DNA of 64,000 nt from Chiloscyllium plagiosum (taxonomy: Eukaryota). The position numbers and the translations under genes were made by a program. Under the pieces are notes generated by a model, which was not told where the DNA came from, ran no database searches, and was given only the letters and a program-made list of their open reading frames with translations. The stretch is from the NCBI RefSeq assembly GCF_004010195.1, contig NC_057750.1, positions 16,842,726 to 16,906,725 on the forward strand. The letters run 5' to 3'. This document shows positions 36,701 through 47,895 of this stretch, piece by piece; position 1 is the first letter of the stretch; every line of letters begins with the position of its first letter.

Positions 36701-39700
36701 GTATGTGTCTCTGTGTCTGTGTGTGTGTATGTGTGTTGCCTGTATGAACTATGAATGTCTACAAGGAAATTATCCTCAAATGTTATAAATTACTGGCAAG
36801 GACTCTACTATTTATTATTCATTAATGGGATGTAGGACAGCTGTTGTGGGTGTGCATCGCAGACACAGTGGGGCTGACTCGGTGCTGTAAGAACTTTGCC
36901 GTAACTGAATAGATCTTTGAAAGAGCCAGCAGGGTGCTGACGGGCTGAGTGGTCTCCTTCTGTGCTATAATCTCACTACGATTCCCGGCTCAGCTCACCT
37001 TTGGCCTTTATCCCATCTGGAATTGTTTACAGGAGGCAGACTCTGGATTTCCGCTCATTCATCCGGATCCTGGCGTGCTTCCGACCCACAGTGAAAGACA
37101 AGACCACCGATCCCAATGCACCAGAGCCGATTAACAGTCGTACCAACAAGTTGCGGTGTGAGTGTGCATTTACCCAGAGTTCCTTACCCGTCTTCAGCCT
37201 GATCCTCCTGCCTGCTTATAGACACCCCCGAGCCCTGACCTTGGCATTTTGCTTTTATATTGATCTCAGATAAAACCATCTCTGATCACTTGTGTGGATC
37301 ACATTCCATCCACATCACCTTCCCAACTTCCTTCGGTCCAGCCAAGGGAAGGTTTTCTGCCAGTAACCACAGTGCTTTTAGACTGCTGCCTAGCTAGCCT
37401 CTGGCTCCCTCTTTTCACACTCTGCTGTAGAGGCGGATTTGTTTAACCACAGGCTCCACCTCCACCTTTTAATAACCTCATCCCCATTGAGCCATTCCTG
37501 TCCCACCCCCATCCCAGTCCATTCCCTGTAGTATCACCTTTATCACCCACTTACACAGGCTGTAGTCTTGCATAGGGATAACAAAAAGCATGTTTAATCA
37601 TTCACCTGGCCGATCCACTATTGAGTTCTGCTGCTGTGTGTGTAAATTGCTCACTGCTCCACAGTCATCCTGCAATGGTAGCACTGTGGCTCAGTGGTTA
37701 GCACTGCTGCCTCACAGTGCCAGGGACCCTGGGTTTGATTCCAGCCTCAGGTGACTATGGGAGTTTCTTCTCACAGTCCAAAGAAGTGCAGATTAGGTAG
37801 ATTGGCCAGAAGAGATGCAGGATTACTGGGATATGTTAGGGGAGTGGGTCTGGGTGGGATGCTCCCTGAAGGGTTAGTGGGAGCTGAATGGCTTCTTTTC
37901 ACAATATAGGGATTCCATGAAAGCAGTGTGAACCCTGTAGCAAAAATGATCTTCTGAAACTTCTCTTTTTAAAAATTATTTCATGGGATTCGGGTATCAT
38001 TGGTGAGACCAGTGTTTATTGTCCATCCTTAATTACCCTTGAGAAGGTGTTGGTGAGCTATCTTCTGGAACTGCTGCAGACCATTAGGTAGACCCACAAT
38101 GCCCTTGGGGAGGGAGTTCCATGATTTTGACCCAGCAACACTGAAGGAATGGTGATATATTTCCAAGTAAGGGTGGTGAATGACTTGGAGAAGAACTTGC
38201 ATGGGATGGTGTTCCTTTGTATATGCTACCCTTGTCCTTCTAGATGGTAGAGGTTGTAGATTTGGAAAATACTGTCTAAGGAGCCATGGTATACACTGCA
38301 GTGCATCTTGTGGATGGTGCACACTGCAGCTACTGTATTTCGATGGTGGAGGAAGTGAACTTTGAAAATAGTGCATGGGGTGCCAATCAAGTGGGCTGCT
38401 TTTAACTGGATAACATTGAGCATTTGAATGTTTTTGGACTGCACTCATCCCAATATGTGCCTTCTAGATAGTGGACAAGCTTTGGGGAGTCAGGAGGTAA
38501 GATACTCGCTACAGATTGACCAGTTTCTGGCCTGCTCTGTGCCTTTATCTTTCAGCTGTTATCCTGGGGAACAATTGATATTTTTATCAGGCGTTGAGAC
38601 TTGAAAATGCAACTTCTGAATTTCAAATTAAATATTAAGGGATAATTACTACATTTTTATTTCAGTTTTTATGTTTATTCCAAGGAAAGGGTCAGATGTT
38701 AAAGAATTGATGCCATTTAGGTCACAATTGGTGTCCTGGGATTATTTTCCATTTTAGCTATGCACTCTAGTGAATAAAGTTAAAAATCACACAACACCAG
38801 GTTATAGTCCAACAGGTTTATTTGGAAGCACTAGCTTTCGGAGCACTACTCTTTCATCAGGTGGTTGAAGCAGTGCTCCGAAAGCTAGTGCTTCCAAGTA
38901 AACCTGTTGGACTATTACCGGGTGTTGTGTGATTTTTAACTTTGTCCACCTCAGTCCAAAACTGGCTCCTCCACATCATGACTGTAGTGAATGACATGAT
39001 GGTTGCCCATGAGCTGTCAATCATTTGTATCAATCCTAGTTTGGGGCCACTGCATTTCACAGAACTGTGCTAGAGCTGAGTACATCTCCATTTATGACCT
39101 TGCGTTATATAAGAGGATCTAATGATGTTTTGCATTGAGCTGGGTTGGGGTTACAGGACTGTGACAGAGGGCCATGGATCACAGGATCCTGGCTCAATAC
39201 ATGTGGATCTTGTCATGTTCAGTTGCACAGTGTTTGATTGTGTGAACCTGCTTACTGATCCATACTCAAGGTGTTTGATTAGTTAAGCCTGGTTGTTGAC
39301 TTAGAGCAAAATAAATAAATACCATAGACGTACTAAGAAGTTTAGCTGGAAGAATGAGTGTAGATATTTTGTCACCGCACAGATATTTTCAATTTTCAAA
39401 ACTTCAGCACACAGAAATTCGTGTCTGAGCGAATGAATAGAAAACAGATTTGCACCTTCATGATTTCTCAGCTAAATTACTTTCACCTGCCTGATGTGGG
39501 GAAGGGGGAACATCTGGAGAAGAGTGAAGAGGGCATTCCACTGGAAAAGAAACTTGTGAGAACTCTGTCTTCAGGAAAGTGTGGCCTGGGATTGTCATCA
39601 CTCTCCCAGTCCCCCAGGTTGCGTGAACTCCCTGAATGTTGAGCAGATTTATTGTTGATGACTATTGTGGATGCCAATGATCTTTGATTGAATACACCTT

Positions 39701-42376
39701 CTTTAACGAGCTTTAGCTAATTTTAACTCGCTTTAACCAGCTTTCTCCTCCTTATTTCAGTTGCTTTCCAACTGTATGACCTGGACGGAGATGGGAAAAT
39801 CTCCAGGGAGGAACTTCTTCAGGTAAAGGCTGCAATGACATTTGAGAATCAGAAAAGTGCCTTTTCCCAGTGAGCTATCAAAGCAGTAGTTTTCTTTACC
39901 ATCTCTCTCAGTGGGGATTGCAACGTTTGCTGCAAGTTGTACAACTGGTCACCAAGGCCGTTAAAAAAGCAAATCAGCCAATGGGTTTTACTTTCAAAGG
40001 GATGGGATGGATAAAATTAGGAAGTCGTATTAAACCACACCTGGAGTGCTCTGAGCAGTTCTGGTTGCCATTATATAAAAAAGATATAATCACTGGGGAG
40101 GATACGGAGAGGATTTACAACAATGGTACCAGAAATATATGAGTATACATATTAGCAAAGATTGATCAGACTGGCTTTCTCTTATCTTGAGAAAAGCAGG
40201 CTCATTAAATGGAAGTTGTTTAAAAATCTGCAACATTTTGATTGAGTGGATATTTCCTCTGAAGGCGAAGAATGGAGCTAGAGGCTGTCAATATCAGAAA
40301 GTCCCCAAGAAACCCAACCGGGAATTCGGGAGACATCCAGGGAGTGGCGAGCATACAGAGCTTGAGGTCATAGTGAATCATATTTAAAGGGGAAACTAAA
40401 CCTGGGAATAGAGAATTACAGTGGAAGATTTAGATGGGAAACGATGGAAGGAAGCTGAGGAGAAGCATAAATACTAGCATGAACTGTCTGTGCCAAATGG
40501 CCTGTGTATGCTGTGTGCACATTTAATGCAGGGTTTGTTGAGATGTATTGGATTGAGTTCAAGCTCTGTATGCGTGGTTCAGTCTCTCGTCAGAGGGTTC
40601 TAGCAGTGCCAAAGGAGTCAGTCAGAAATGCTATTCGTCAGCTGGTCAGGTTTTTAATCCAAATCCCTTTCAAGAGCTACCATGATCTGCATGCACCACC
40701 CTTTCTCATAATGCACACCAAATTGTAACAATGTCCATGTTTGAAGAAAAATCAGCTCCCCTCCACTGTGGGCTTACTTGCTCCCTATTTACTGTGTCAA
40801 AGCTCCTCATCATTTTGAACAGCTCTATTAACCCTGCTGTATAGTTATATTCGTTTGGGAGGCTAGATTAACAAGATGTTGGCCCTGGTGAGTATTAATA
40901 TTAACTCAAATTCCTGGCAGCTAATCAATGCAGTAGTTTGAGTTGCTATAAGTTTGATACCAGTTTACCAATAAACATGTGACATACTAAACCATCAGTA
41001 TGGTCTTTGGGTAAGGAAGGATTAGGGTTTTACACTGTTTCCAATCATGGAATAAGGTGTAATTTCAATGGCTTCGAGAAGTAATTGAACCGAAGAGCGA
41101 GAGACAGCCCATATGCAACATCAAAGAGAATCCAATGTAACTTTGGGCCTGTTTTCTGCTGCACACCGCATCCCACACATGCCAGAGGCCCTGTAAGATT
41201 AATCTCTTGGAATACTGCGTTCTGCAGAGACTTGAAATACAAGGAGTCAAATTGTTTGTTCTGTTTTCCTGTTGTCAAACAATGTTTTTATTGTGTCAGA
41301 TCCAGCACTGAGTAAGTTTCTTTTTGTTTGTCTGAATATAAACTTGTTTCAGTGCTGTTTCAAAATATCTGTTTTAGCCGAGATGTTTGCCTGTCATTAG
41401 TCTCTTCACCACCTCTAGATGAATGGGAGGATCCCGTGTATTTTCTGACACATTAGTACACAATTGTGGCATCATTGAAATCCCTGGCACACTACTCCCA
41501 TAGTGATGTCTTTAAAGCTGCAAACTCAAATTCCAAGGAGACTCCAATTGGGAATGGAGAACTCCAACTTGGAACCAATCCCATTCCTCCACCATAACCT
41601 GGCTGGAAGTGAGTGGTAAACCAAGGGTATACGTGTGGCTGGCACAGTGGCACAGTGGTTAGCACTGCTGCCTCACAGCGCCAGAGACCCGGGTTCGATT
41701 CCAGCCTCAGGCGACTGTCTGTGTGGAGTTTGCACATTCTCCCCGTGTCTGCGTGGGTTTCCTCTGGGTGCTCCGGTTTTCTCCCACAATCCAAAAATGT
41801 GCAGGTCAGGTGAATTGGCCATGGTAAATTGCCCGTAGTGTTAGGTGAAGAGGTAAATGTAGGGGAATGGGTCTGGGTGGGTTGCGCTTCGGCGGCTCGG
41901 TGTGGACTTGTTGGGCCAAAGGGCCTGTTTCCACACTGTTAGTAATCTAATGTGTCAGCAAAATGTCTGCTACACAGTTTCAGCATTGGAACCAGAGAGA
42001 CAGTTGACAGACCCAGCCATAAGGAGACGTGAATGAATCATCGTGCCTTTCTGAGAAAAGTGGAACAGAGAATTGGAAAGGTGGTGGATGAACAGAAATC
42101 TAACCTGTTTACATAACATTCCTCAGGTATATTAGCAGTAACCATCCCATTCCACAAAAACCTATAAAATTTGATGTTTAAAAAATTATTTGTTTGTTGG
42201 GCTGCTTCAGGGGTTTATAATTAGGACTCAGTGTTTGTGAGCTGTCACATGGATCCTGAACAGTGTGTGAATGGGTGACCTCTTTGCGGGTTGCTGATCC
42301 AGGCATGTACCCAACCAGCCAATGGTACGTATCTCCTTTAATCCAGTGCCAGATTCTCAATGAACATCAAATGCAA

Positions 42377-42407
<31 letters not shown>

Positions 42408-45400
42408 TCTGTCTCTCACACTCTCTGACAGGTGCTTCGTATGATGTTGGAGGCACAAGTTACGGATGACCAACTGGAGAGCATCACTGATCGAACAATC
42501 CAGGAGGCTGACCTGGATGGAGATGGCGCCATCTCATTTGAAGAGTTCCGAAAGGTATTGCTCTTTCACCAGCCAAGGAGCTGAGTCCAGTCGAGTGGTT
42601 GGGAAAATCCTGCTGTTTAGACAGTTAACCATCAGTTCATCAACTCACTATAGTCTGTGAAAGCACATGGATCATGGAGGGAACTGAGTCAACGTATGAA
42701 CTTGATGTACTTCTTTGAAAATTCCGTCATGGGATAGGGGTATTGACAATCAAGTGACTATTTATTATACACCCCTAATTACCATTGAGAACGGGGCGGT
42801 GAGATGCCTTGGGGGAATTGGAGGGTTTCAGGGAGAGTGTTAGGATTAGTATGGGTATTTCAGGGAGGCGGAGAGGGAAATTAACTGAAGTTTCACTCCT
42901 GATCAATCTCTATTGATTCCTGCTTTTGGAGGTCTGGGTGGTGCAATGGGCTATCCCTGCCCCTGAGCTAGAACCTCTGAGATCAAGGCCCACTCACGGA
43001 CTTGATGACCAACAAAGGTGCATTCATTCCAGCCACACAGGTCAGGTGTAAACTTGTAAATTCTTCCAACGCAAGCCACTGGCAGGTGGGAAGAGTGGGA
43101 GAAATTCCTGGTCCACCTTGGGATGGAGAGGACATTGGAGCCTATCCCATCGTTATCCATAGCTACAACATGCATGGAAATGGGAAGGGTGCTATAGCAA
43201 CTTGTGGAGGCTGGTTGCCTGGGTAGCCAGATTGGTGCCAACAGCATAGGGTTCAGTGCCCATATCTCCTCGGTCTGAGTCAGGTGCTGTCTTGTTGCCC
43301 TACATATGGTGGCATTTGTGATGCTGTTGGTCAATCGTTGGCTCTCTGATCTTCGGGCACGTGGGGCAGGATGTTCCATCAGGCAGTGGGATCCAAGGTA
43401 CAAGACTGCTTCCCTTTGTTTCCTTCTTTGCTGTTCGCCTTAATGATGACAGGGAACTGAAGATAACGGCTCTCTGTGTGGATCCTAATTGAAGGCTGAG
43501 TTTGAACCATCTGATAATGCTGTTTGACAAGGCTCAGGGAAGGACAATAACTGCCTGAGTGTTTATAGGACAGTGTCGTTAATTCTCAATATGTTTTGTC
43601 ATACACTGTACATCTTTTATTTTGATCACACATTTGAGGTCTAGGAAACACTGTAAGGTCTGGCTAATATGCTTTTTATGAAGTCATTTCAATAAAACAC
43701 AGCCCCTCAATTAAATTCCAATTATGACTTCCCACTTTCACCTCAGGAGTCTGCCAGTGTGTCCTCTCCATTGCTCAGGATCTTTAGCTTATTGCCTCTT
43801 AAGTTTCATTGTGTGGGCTAAACATGCATTCCATTTCTCTCCACATTCTGTGGTTACTGCTGCTAAAACTCAGACAGTGAAGAGCTCAGTGACCATCACT
43901 GGCCCGTTAAAGGGGTGACTTGTTTATTGCCCTCCAGATATTCCGCGTGAGGCCTCATTGCTCTCTGTAACGAATGTCCAACACTGCCCAGGCAACAGGC
44001 CTATTCATCGCATCACTTTCCCGGAAACTCCTCCCTATCTGAACTAAATTACGTATCTCGTAGACAGTTAAGGAGTTAATGGTTCCTGTTGTCCATTGCC
44101 ATTGAAGAATGAATAAAGCTGATTATGGCTGTTTCGCCGTCAATTGTCTCCCGGGTTTGAGGATGATTCAGGGTTGGGAGTTTCTGCCATGATGGTCATC
44201 TTGTGACTAAATAGGCCAATCGTTGGCTCTCTGATCTTCAGGCACGTGGGGCAGGATGTTCTATCAGACAGTGGGATCCAAGGTACAAGACTTGCTTCCC
44301 TTTGTTTCCTTCTTTGCTGTTCGCCTTAATGATGTGGCAGAGTGGCTGTAGAGGAGGTAGGGCTGTTCACTTGTTACTGATATAAAACCATGCTGTCCTC
44401 GTGGAACTGAAGTCAAGAAGCACTGCACAGACTCTTTCATATCAAGTATCTCTCTCTCTCTGTTGTGTTAGCTGGGGCTCAGTGGTAAACTGCCAGCCCC
44501 TAGGTCACAAGGCCCTGGGTTCAAGTTCCACGTCAGCAACCCAAACACGCAAATCTCAAATGACGTTCCAGTGCTGCATTGAGAGAATGCTACATTCAGG
44601 GAGGTATAGTTTTCTTATGTAAGGTGTTAATGAGATCCCCTTTCCCTATTTGAGCGGGTGTTTAAGATCCCAGGACACTATTTTGAAGGAGAGTAGGAGA
44701 ATTAACCCTGGTGTGCTGGCTAATAAACATATAAGTTAGCTGCAGGAGTAGGCTACTTGAGCTTGCACTGCTATTAACATCACTGTAATAAAAAACCAGG
44801 GTTAACACTCACACTGCCCTGCGATCTTAAACACCCACGCAAGCAGGCAGAGGGGAGCTCATTAATATCGTACCTAAGAATACTGTACCCCATCAGGGTA
44901 GCACTCCCTCAGTGCTGCACTGGAACGTCTCTCACGGTCTGTGTTAGGTTTGCTGAAGTGGGAATTTAGCTCAGGACCCTTGTGACCTCGGGGCTGGTAG
45001 TTTACCACTGAGCCCCAGCTAACAGCAGAAAGGTGTTTGACATGAAAGAGTCCATGCAGTGCTTCCTCTTATAGCCCTCCCTGACTACTCCACACTCTTG
45101 CCTGATCTCTTCCCTCCTTGCTTAACAAGAATCCATCACCTCAACATCACTGCTCCCACCACCTTTTCAGGATGAAAGTTCCAAAGGCTCCCGACCCACT
45201 ATGAGAGCAAACACAAAAATCTCTATTTCTGTCTGAAATGGGCAATGCTTACTTTGAAAGAATGATCCCTAATTCTGGACTCTCCCACAAAGATTGTTTT
45301 CACCAGAAAGACTGCAGCTGAGAGGAGACCTTGTAAAGGTCTACAAAATGATGAGAGGCACAGATAGGGTGGATAGTCAGAGGCTTTTTCCCAGAGTTGA

Positions 45401-46185
45401 AGTTTCAATTACAAAGTGGTACAGGTTCAAGGTGAGAGAGGGCAAGTTTAAGGGAGATGTGCAACAGAGATCTTCCATGCAGAGAATGGTAGGAGTCTGC
45501 AACACACTGCCAGAAGAAATGGTGGAAACAGGTACATTGACGAGATTTAAGAGGCATCCAGATGATTACACAAATAGGGAGGGAATAGAGGGATACTGAC
45601 CAAATAAGGGCAGAAGGTGTGTTTTTTTTAGTATTCGTTCCTAACAGGAAACATCATCTCCACGTCCACCCTGTCAAGACCCCCTCAGGATTTTACATCT
45701 TTCGATTGAGTCAACTCATACACTTCTAATCACTGGCAGATACAAGCCCAGCTTGTCCAAGCTTTCCACATCAGACACCTCCCCCATTCCAGATATTATT
45801 TTCAAACAATATCACAAGAAAAGGATCATCATCGCATTGCTGTTTTTGGGATCTTGCTGTGTTTTTCCTACATTAGGACAGTGATTTCATTGGCTGAACA
45901 GCACTTTGAGATTAGATTAGATTACATTACAGTGTGGAAACAGGCCCTTCGGCCCAACAAGTCCACACTGACCCGCCGAAGCGAAACCCACCCATACCCC
46001 TACATTTACCCCTTACCTAACACTACGGGCAATTTAGCTTGGCCAATTCACCTGACCCTGATCTGGCCATCATGAAAATTTCTATGTAAACGCAAACCTT
46101 TCCTTTTGTTTGTTTGTTTTCCACTTTGCAGTCACTCGAGAATATTAATTTGGAGCACAAGATGAGCATTCGATTTCTCCAGTAA
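24702..46185 (+). CDS. CHP2: Calcineurin B homologous protein 2-like (EF-hand NHE cofactor), 7 coding exons, 194 aa
   Basis: Manual splice of exons 67+73+81+125+62+123+54 = 585 nt gives [194 protein letters not shown]. All introns are GT-AG and phases match. IGx[18 protein letters not shown] and KSLE resemble CHP2 more than CHP1 (from recalled sequences). The CHP family call is near-certain; the paralog call is less so. Confidence 0.9.
24960..25415 (+). mobile_element. HE1 SINE in CHP2 intron 1, split by a family A palindromic element (25159-25316)
   Basis: 11-bp TSD CATTAGTCAAA (25148-25158, 25317-25327). Confidence 0.8.
26559..26885 (+). mobile_element. HE1-type SINE
   Basis: tRNA-like head, central domain and tail. 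Confidence 0.82.
26958..27190. mobile_element. Penelope-like pLTR-derived palindromic element, family A
   Basis: Inverted arms about TTCATCAGGAATCCCGATGAA; imperfect flanks ACTTCAACxGGGG. Confidence 0.75.
27567..28045 (+). mobile_element. Two HE1-type SINE copies (27567-27848 and partial 27900-28045)
   Basis: GGCTCAGTGGTTAGCACTGCTGCC head, (TAATC) tail. Confidence 0.8.
28579..28651 (+). CDS. CHP2: CHP2-like coding exon 2 ([25 protein letters not shown])
   Basis: Acceptor ttctttcag|, donor GAG|gtgagt; 73 nt; homologous to the CHP RLYxRFxxLDK segment. Confidence 0.93.
28860..30512 (+). mobile_element. CR1 LINE in CHP2 intron 2, RT region with internal deletion
   Basis: [42 protein letters not shown] joins directly to VKKAYS, so the FADD segment is missing. 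Confidence 0.92.
30836..31075 (+). mobile_element. HE1-type SINE
   Basis: Head and central domain. Confidence 0.8.
31239..31439. mobile_element. Penelope-like palindromic element, family A variant, with an intact minimal hammerhead motif
   Basis: 15-bp flanks GGTATGTCCCCTAGG (31224-31238, 31440-31454); near-perfect inverted arms. Confidence 0.8.
31348..31383 (+). ncRNA. Minimal type I hammerhead ribozyme-like motif
   Basis: ATTC-CTGAAGA-A-GGGC ATGT GCCC-GAA-ACGT-C-GAAT: stem I ATTC/GAAT, core CUGANGA and GAAA, GUC triplet, palindromic stem III. Activity untested. Confidence 0.6.
32837..33990 (+). mobile_element. Probable solo LTR interrupted by a minus-strand SINE (~33420-33770)
   Basis: TGT...ACA termini; AATAAA at 33841; right end is homologous to the reverse complement of 61985-62170. 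TSD not clear. Confidence 0.5.
33420..33770 (-). mobile_element. Second tRNA-derived SINE family; its tail is shared with the second LINE family
   Basis: Same family as 22410-22790, 55735-56020 and 58400-58680; tail GGGCAATTAGGGATG..AATAAATGCTGG. Confidence 0.6.
34370..36355 (+). mobile_element. Stacked degenerate CR1-type LINE remnants
   Basis: [45 protein letters not shown]. Confidence 0.8.
36503..36583 (+). CDS. CHP2: CHP2-like coding exon 3 ([26 protein letters not shown])
   Basis: Acceptor ttttctttccag|, donor |gtaagt; 81 nt; NPLGDRII signature. Confidence 0.96.
37033..37157 (+). CDS. CHP2: CHP2-like coding exon 4 ([18 protein letters not shown]...[12 protein letters not shown])
   Basis: Acceptor ttgtttacag|, donor |gtgagt; 125 nt; PEPxNSRxNKL signature. 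Confidence 0.96.
37677..37920 (+). mobile_element. HE1-type SINE, degenerate
   Basis: GGCTCAGTGGTTAGCACTGCTGCCTCACAG head. Confidence 0.75.
37980..38540 (-). mobile_element. LINE 3' remnant, second CR1/L2-superclade family
   Basis: [39 protein letters not shown]. Confidence 0.7.
38776..38980. mobile_element. Penelope-like palindromic element, family B
   Basis: Inverted arms GTTAAAAATCACACAACACC / GGTGTTGTGTGATTTTTAAC plus a tail on the right. Confidence 0.75.
39761..39822 (+). CDS. CHP2: CHP2-like coding exon 5 ([23 protein letters not shown]-hand 3)
   Basis: Acceptor cttatttcag|, donor CAG|gtaaag; 62 nt; canonical EF loop [12 protein letters not shown]. Confidence 0.96.
41641..41951 (+). 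mobile_element. HE1-type SINE, full length
   Basis: Very similar to 4537-4853. Confidence 0.88.
42432..42554 (+). CDS. CHP2: CHP2-like coding exon 6 (VLRMM...[24 protein letters not shown]-hand 4)
   Basis: Acceptor ctctctgacag|, donor AAG|gtattg; 123 nt; canonical EF loop [12 protein letters not shown]. Confidence 0.96.
43332..44334 (+). repeat. Direct duplication of ~117 bp (43332-43448 and 44217-44334)
   Basis: CAATCGTTGGCTCTCTGATCTTC...TTCGCCTTAATGATG occurs twice with few differences. Confidence 0.92.
44417..45065. repeat. Long imperfect inverted repeat (arms 44417-44712 and 44795-45065) built on an old tRNA-headed, Deu-type SINE-like sequence
   Basis: GTTAGCTGGGGCTCAGTGGTAAACT pairs with AGTTTACCACTGAGCCCCAGCTAAC; flanking blocks are also complementary. 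Confidence 0.88.
45296..45620 (+). mobile_element. CR1 3' fragment
   Basis: [26 protein letters not shown]. Confidence 0.85.
45910..46056 (-). mobile_element. HE1 SINE 3' half just upstream of the last CHP2 exon
   Basis: (GATTA)n plus CAGTGTGGAAACAGGCCCTTCGGCCC. Confidence 0.8.
46132..46185 (+). CDS. CHP2: CHP2-like terminal coding exon 7 ([17 protein letters not shown])
   Basis: Long T-rich tract and ttgcag| acceptor; KMSIRF C-terminal signature; TAA at 46183-46185. Confidence 0.95.
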   Translation, partial: SLENINLEHKMSIRFLQ

Positions 46186-47895
46186 TGCCTGGACTGCTGC
46201 CCAGCGGAAGGTTCGCCCAAGATCTGTGTTCCTGAGGAGAGTAAATGGACTGAGATAGAAACTGCCGTGTTTTTGTTTCTGCTTTGAGATTTCAATGGCT
46301 TTCTTGAATCCCTCTCACATTTCGTTGAGTTTCTGCAGAGAGTTCGGGGTCTCTGCAGGGAGTGGGAGATTTTGGCATCATTCCCAACCTGTCGATCTGT
46401 TCTCTGGCAAAATGGGGGATTGCAAATCCATTTGGTGTTCTGGAATCAAACAGCAGAAAAGTCAGCTAGGGTTTCCACTCTGGGCAGAATTTAATCCATG
46501 CAATGGGGGCGCTCTGCATTGGCTGGAGAGCTGGTAAGAGTCCCACATCTCTTCTATTGGGGACAACACATTGAATTAACTTGCATGATCAACAGTGAAC
46601 CTAGCCAGAGATCCAGGATCCTGGAAATCCTGCAATCCCCCCTGCCCGAGCAGAGGTGAACAATTGTCTATTGCAGGCAGCGCCACTGGGAGAGCGGTGG
46701 CTGGTGCTAGGAATACAGTCACCTGAGGTTGCAGCTCACCAAAGGGATCAAGCCACTGTTGAGTGTGGGTCAGAAGGTGGAGTGTGGAGGTGCTGTCAAT
46801 GTGTCCCACCTCTCCAATGTCGGCTCCCTCAATCAGGCACTAAGAGCCAATGAGGTGGCTAGCTCGAGTCTAGAAAACCCATCTCAGTCGAAAGTGCTTT
46901 GTCACAGTCAGTGTTCACAACAGGGAGTCTGATGTGGGATGATGTCAGTCTATTGTCCTTGGAAGCAAATTGGGGGAGTCATGGGGCAACCAAGTGCCAA
47001 GGTGGGCTGTTTAAATGGCCTGTCTCAGTTCAATAGGACTTCTTCCCTCTTGTTTGCTTACATTTAAGCCCCCCAGCCATCACATCTCACACTCCATCAC
47101 ATTCCCACCTGCCCCACATGTTACCTCCATGTCAACTTGTGCCCAACATACCCCAATGGCCCCTCACATCACCCTTGACAACTCTAACCGCTTCCATTCT
47201 CATTTATCCAGTACAGGATCAACAAATCTTACAATGGCACATGAGGCTCTGCTTTTCCCATTCATAATTCTAACCTTTTTAAAAGAAAACTCGCCACAAA
47301 CCAATAAAAATGTTAATCAACCAGACCTTTAAAGTATCAATAACAAATTATAAGTGTTTATTTTGAGGAACACTGTGCCATTGATAAAAGTGATCGCACA
47401 AAGCAGCTGATGATACTGTCAAAACCCTGTAAATCTAATTTATACATGTTACGCAACCCTGAGCGTAAATACAGGGTAGGGGAATGGGTCTGGATGGATT
47501 ACTCTTCGGAGGATTGGTGTGGTCTTGTTGGGCCAAAGGGCCTGTTTCCACACTGTAGGGAATCTAATCTAATCATGTCAGACCTCATGCTTTGCTGAAG
47601 CCTTGACTCCCATAAAAGGATTGTGGGTAAGCTTGTTGACCGAGGTACAGAACAGATTGACCACAGAAGTGCTCCCAAACAAAATGCTCCCGATATGGAA
47701 AACTGACTGTGATTTTGTTTTCTTATTCCTTCATGGGATATGAGCTCTTGTTGCCGATCGTTAATTGTCATTAGGAGTCAACAGTGAACCACTGTCACAA
47801 ACTGCCGCAGTCCATATAGTGTAGGGGCACTCTGTTGTTAGGGTGGGGGGATGTCAGGCTAACCCAATGACAATTAAGGAACAGCAACTATAGTT

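Noticed and set aside
43443..43499. C/D box snoRNA-like motifs (ATGATGA..CTGA)
   Set aside because: Short, no terminal stem, no recognisable rRNA guide, and the C box lies at a duplication breakpoint.
47303..47308. AATAAA as the CHP2 polyadenylation signal
   Set aside because: Plausible at about 1.1 kb after the stop codon, but unsupported without transcript data; other AATAAA sites exist downstream.
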